DNA from: Candidatus Muiribacteriota bacterium
GTDB lineage: Bacteria; Muiribacteriota; Muiribacteriia; Muiribacteriales; Muiribacteriaceae
Length of the DNA stretch: 10,581 bases
Assembly (NCBI GenBank): GCA_051747805.1
Contig: JBNJGP010000083.1
Coordinates: 1 to 10,581 of the forward strand
Reading direction: 5' to 3'
Positions 7,431 through 10,581 of the stretch are shown here, one piece after another. Under the pieces are notes generated by a model. It made no database searches, was not told the DNA's origin, and worked only from the letters and a program-made list of their open reading frames with translations. The position numbers were made by a program, and so were the translations under genes. Positions within the stretch are counted from its first letter, which is position 1; every line of letters starts with the position of its first letter.

Positions 7431-8054
7431 TTGGAAATAATACAAATTATTGTTGATTTTATAGTTACAAATGTAGAAAGATTCGGGTACTGGGGAATTG
7501 CAATTATGATGTTTCTGCAAAGTTCTTTTTTTCCTTTCCCGTCAGAAATTGTAATGCCTCCTGCGGGATATCTGGCTGCCACCGGAAAAATGAACCTTTA
7601 TGCCGCACTTGGATTTGGTATTGTCGGAAGCCTGGCAGGGGCACTTTTTAACTATTTTCTGGCGTTTTTTTTAGGCAGAAAATTTATACTTAAATTCGGG
7701 AAATATTTTTTTATTACTGAAGAAGGATTTAAAAAAACCGAAAATTTTATACAGAAACATGGGGAAATAGGAACTTTTGTCGGGTGGTTAATTCCACTTT
7801 TCAGACAGTATATATCTTTTCCAGCCGGACTTGCCCGCATGAATGCGGTAAAATTTTCTTTTTATACTTTATGTGGCAGCGGTCTCTGGATAATTATTTT
7901 AACAATGATAGGATATTTTGTGGGGCATAATAAAGAGCTTGTGCAGAGTTATTCAAGAAATGCGGCCCTCTTATTATTGGGGTTTGGAATTATAATTGTT
8001 TTAATTTATATTAAAATCAGGAGGAAAAAATGTTCAAAGGAACAACTGTCCTAG
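7431..8054 (+). CDS. dedA: DedA/SNARE-associated (VTT) family membrane protein
   Basis: SSFFPFPSEIVMPPAGY, GSLAGALFNY, LGR and LIPLFRQYISFPAG...M...F motifs. TTG start with AAGGAG SD. Confidence 0.93.
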   Translation: MEIIQIIVDFIVTNVERFGYWGIAIMMFLQSSFFPFPSEIVMPPAGYLAATGKMNLYAALGFGIVGSLAGALFNYFLAFFLGRKFILKFGKYFFITEEGFKKTENFIQKHGEIGTFVGWLIPLFRQYISFPAGLARMNAVKFSFYTLCGSGLWIIILTMIGYFVGHNKELVQSYSRNAALLLLGFGIIIVLIYIKIRRKKCSKEQLS

Positions 8055-8557
8055 CAGTAAAGAAAAACGATAAAATTTGCCTGGCAAGTGATGGTCAGGT
8101 TACTTTTGGAAATACAGTTTTTAAACATAATACAAAGAAATTAAGGAAATTATATAATGGGAATATAGTGGTTGGATTTGCCGGTTCTACCGCAGATGCT
8201 TTTACTCTATTTGAAAAGTTTGAAAGTAAACTCGAAAAATTTACTGGTCAGCTTAAAAGGTCGGCCGTTGAACTTGCAAAAGACTGGAGAACAGATAAAA
8301 TACTTAGAAGACTGGAAGCATTAATGATAGCTGCAGATAAAAATGAAATAATTATAATTTCAGGAAACGGGGACGTTATATCTCCTGACCATAATGTCGC
8401 GGCAATTGGCTCCGGGGGAATGTATGCCTATTCTGCCGCATTGAGTTTGAGCAGAAATTCAGACCTTGATGCTAAAAAAATTGCCTCAGAATCAATGAAA
8501 GTAGCATCAGAAATTTGTATATATACCAATAATAATATTAACTTTGAGGAAGTTTGA
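8030..8557 (+). CDS. hslV: ATP-dependent protease peptidase subunit HslV (ClpQ)
   Basis: MFKG-TTVLAV (N-terminal Thr nucleophile after a short propeptide), DGQVT, GFAGSTADA, AVELAKDWRTD, IGSGG and ICIYTN. AGGAGG at 8019-8024. Confidence 0.98.
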   Translation: MFKGTTVLAVKKNDKICLASDGQVTFGNTVFKHNTKKLRKLYNGNIVVGFAGSTADAFTLFEKFESKLEKFTGQLKRSAVELAKDWRTDKILRRLEALMIAADKNEIIIISGNGDVISPDHNVAAIGSGGMYAYSAALSLSRNSDLDAKKIASESMKVASEICIYTNNNINFEEV

Positions 8558-8579
8558 TTTTTAATATTCAGGAGGAAAA

Positions 8580-9992
8580 ATGGAAGAACTTATACCAAAG
8601 CAGATAGTAGAAATTTTAGATAAATATGTAATCGGTCAGAAAGAGGCAAAAAAGGCTGTTGCTATAGCCCTTAGAAACCGTTATAGAAGAAGACAGCTCG
8701 AGGACGAATTAAAAGAAGAAATAATGCCAAAAAACATTATAATGATTGGTCCAACAGGTGTTGGTAAAACAGAAATAGCCAGAAGAGTTTCAAAATTTAT
8801 TAAAGCTCCATTTATTAAAGTTGAAGTTACAAAATATACTGAAGTTGGATATATGGGCCGGGATGTTGAATCAATGGTCCGGGATCTTGTTGAACTGTCA
8901 ATTTCCAGAGAAAAAAACATAAAAACAGAGGCGGTTAAAGGTAAAGCAAGAAAAATGGCAGAAAAAAGAATACTTGATATTTTACTTCCAAAGAAAAATT
9001 CTTTTTCAAGTGCGGCAGATAAGGCAAGAAACTTTATAGGCGGTGTAATGGAGGAAAATCAGGAAGAATATGAGGGTAAAAGTGAGAAAACCGAAAATAG
9101 TAAAGAAAATATTGATGTTTCAAGAGAAAAATTCCGTAAATTACTCAAAGAAGGTAAATTAGACGAAAGATTGGTTGAAATAGAAGTCAAAAAGTCTAAA
9201 AATTCACCTGTAATTGAAATTTTTTCAGGTTCCGGAATGGAAGAGTTCAATTTAGGCGGTATGATGGGCGGCCTGCTTGGTGGCGATAAAAAGAAAAAGC
9301 AGAAAGTTAAAATAAAAGACGCTATTGAGATTTTAGAAGAAGAAGAGGCGCATAAACTTGTAGATATGGACGAGATAACAAAAGAGGCTATTGAAAGGGT
9401 TCAAACTTCAGGAATAATTTTTTTAGATGAAATTGATAAAATAATTGGCGGCACCTCTGCTGGAAAATCTCCAAACGTTTCAAGAGAAGGTGTTCAGCGT
9501 GATTTGTTGCCTCTGGTTGAAGGTTCTACTGTAATTACAAAACACGGACCTGTTAAAACTGACCATATTCTGTTTATTGCTGCTGGTGCTTTTTATTCAA
9601 GCAAACCTTCTGAATTAATACCAGAGCTTCAGGGACGCTTTCCAATCAGAGTAGAATTATCCTCTCTCACAACAAATGATTTTAAATTAATATTAACAGA
9701 GCCTGAAAATGCTTTAATAAAGCAATATAGAGCCTTGCTGAAAACTGAAGGAATAGAGCTTAACTTCAAAAACGATGCCCTTGATAAACTTGCTGAATTT
9801 GCCTGCAGGGCCAATACCGAAATGGAAAATATTGGAGCAAGAAGGCTTCATACAATTCTTGAAAAACTTTTAGAGGAAGTAAGTTTTGAAGCTCCTGATA
9901 TTGATAAAAAAATTAATATAGATGGAAAATATGTTGAAGAAAAATTAGCAGATATAATTAAAAATAAAGATTTAAGTAAATATATACTTTAA
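8580..9992 (+). CDS. hslU: ATP-dependent protease ATPase subunit HslU (ClpY)
   Basis: Walker A GPTGVGKT, Walker [42 protein letters not shown] and C-terminal DLSKYIL. Confidence 0.98.
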   Translation: MEELIPKQIVEILDKYVIGQKEAKKAVAIALRNRYRRRQLEDELKEEIMPKNIIMIGPTGVGKTEIARRVSKFIKAPFIKVEVTKYTEVGYMGRDVESMVRDLVELSISREKNIKTEAVKGKARKMAEKRILDILLPKKNSFSSAADKARNFIGGVMEENQEEYEGKSEKTENSKENIDVSREKFRKLLKEGKLDERLVEIEVKKSKNSPVIEIFSGSGMEEFNLGGMMGGLLGGDKKKKQKVKIKDAIEILEEEEAHKLVDMDEITKEAIERVQTSGIIFLDEIDKIIGGTSAGKSPNVSREGVQRDLLPLVEGSTVITKHGPVKTDHILFIAAGAFYSSKPSELIPELQGRFPIRVELSSLTTNDFKLILTEPENALIKQYRALLKTEGIELNFKNDALDKLAEFACRANTEMENIGARRLHTILEKLLEEVSFEAPDIDKKINIDGKYVEEKLADIIKNKDLSKYIL

Positions 9993-10039
9993 TATAACGG
10001 AATAAAATTTAAATTGAATTTTTCCTAAATATTAAAAAC

Positions 10040-10124
10040 AGTAAAGTTAGCTAGAGCCAACAGTAAACGACCAAAGGTCGAGTAAAGTCGAGTATCATCG
10101 ACAGTAAAGTCAGCTAAAGCTGAC
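10040..10124. repeat. Array of four AGTAAA + GC-rich hairpin units
   Basis: AGTAAA at 10040, 10062, 10081 and 10103. Each is followed by a palindrome: GTTAGC-TAGA-GCCAAC (1 mismatch), CGACC-AAA-GGTCG, GTCGA-GTATCA-TCGAC, GTCAGC-TAAA-GCTGAC. Confidence 0.85.
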
Positions 10125-10130
10125 AGATAA

Positions 10131-10160
10131 AAAGCAGATAAAAGCAGATAAAAGCAGATA
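10131..10160. repeat. Tandem repeat AAAGCAGATA x3
   Basis: Three exact 10-bp copies, preceded by a partial copy (CAGATAA, 10124-10130). Confidence 0.95.
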
Positions 10161-10163
10161 TGG

Positions 10164-10241
10164 TTGTCATGACGGGCTTGACCCGGTATCCAGCTTTGAT
10201 TTTGTTTTTTGTTTGTCATACTGGTGAACACCAGTATCCAG
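10164..10241. repeat. Pair of REP/dRS3-like palindromes (TTGTCAT-hairpin-GTATCCAG)
   Basis: TTGTCATGACGGGCTTGACCCGGTATCCAG (10164-10193) and TTGTCATACTGGTGAACACCAGTATCCAG (10213-10241). Identical ends, different stems, same orientation, 49-bp period. Confidence 0.8.
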
Positions 10242-10345
10242 AGACTTTACTATTTTTATTGAGAATTGCTGTTGTTTTTATTAATTCCATCCCCTCATTT
10301 GCCGATAATCAAATTAATTAAGGCAACCGGTAATTAATTATTATG

Positions 10346-10354
10346 TGTTATAAT
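10346..10354 (+). promoter_or_regulatory. Putative extended -10 promoter element
   Basis: TGtTATAAT, ending 23 nt upstream of the ATG at 10378. No good -35 was seen. Confidence 0.5.
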
Positions 10355-10377
10355 TAAAACAGGGGGATTTTCCCGTT

Positions 10378-10581
10378 ATGAAAAAATATATTTTAATCTT
10401 TATATATTTACTGAGCATATTCTTTTTAGCAAATGCTGAAATTATTAGTGTTCGAACACAATTAACAAACGACTCCGATAATAAAAATGATAATTATCAG
10501 GTTGGACAAAGTGTTAGAATTATTGTCCAGACAGATTTTTTAAATGCAACCGGAACTGTTGAAGTATATTCAGAAAAAGCA
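10378..10581 (+). CDS. Secreted protein, N-terminal fragment (runs off the window; not in the ORF track)
   Basis: Open frame MKKYILIFIYLLSIFFLANA|EIISVRTQLTNDSDNKNDNYQVGQSVRIIVQTDFLNATGTVEVYSEKA. Sec signal peptide with an A-N-A cleavage site. GGGGGA SD at 10362-10367. Confidence 0.8.
   Translation, partial: MKKYILIFIYLLSIFFLANAEIISVRTQLTNDSDNKNDNYQVGQSVRIIVQTDFLNATGTVEVYSEKA

Noticed and set aside
7298..7840. Minus-strand ORFs 7298-7582 and 7652-7840
   Set aside because: Antisense to dedA, and the first runs across the divergent promoter region.
7991..7996. Internal TATAAT promoter for hslV
   Set aside because: No -35 or TG extension; expected by chance in AT-rich coding DNA.
8856..8895. 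CCGGGAT...GTTGAA repeat in hslU
   Set aside because: Explained by the conserved peptide RDVE...RDLVE.
8681..9814. Minus-strand ORFs within hslU
   Set aside because: Antisense shadows of a highly conserved gene.
10025..10231. 68-aa minus-strand ORF
   Set aside because: It is a translation of the repeats (WIPGQARHD comes from the palindrome) and has no protein-like features.
10040..10241. CRISPR array
   Set aside because: The constant part is only 6 nt, the variable parts are 13-16 nt self-complementary stems, and there are no cas genes in the window.

Overview
AT-rich window from a diderm (LPS-making) bacterium, mostly housekeeping genes. On the + strand, a probable operon runs ArsR-family regulator, FUN14-family membrane protein, kdsC, LpxL/HtrB-type lipid A acyltransferase, lptC, a long LptA/OstA-like protein, an M3 oligoendopeptidase and a PTS EIIA protein fused to a probable PII-like domain. 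A very AT-rich class II tRNA nucleotidyltransferase gene on the - strand converges on it and is probably leaderless. Divergent from that are dedA-hslV-hslU. After hslU lies a ~226 bp structured non-coding block: four AGTAAA+hairpin units, a 10-bp tandem repeat and two REP/dRS3-like palindromes, bounded by 14/15-bp inverted repeats. A secreted protein gene starts at 10378 and runs off the window. The best leads are that structured block, the signal-peptide-bearing FUN14 protein inside an LPS operon, the EIIA-PII-like fusion and a DedA lacking two conserved charged residues. All calls come from reading the sequence by eye; no searches were run, so novelty is unverified.
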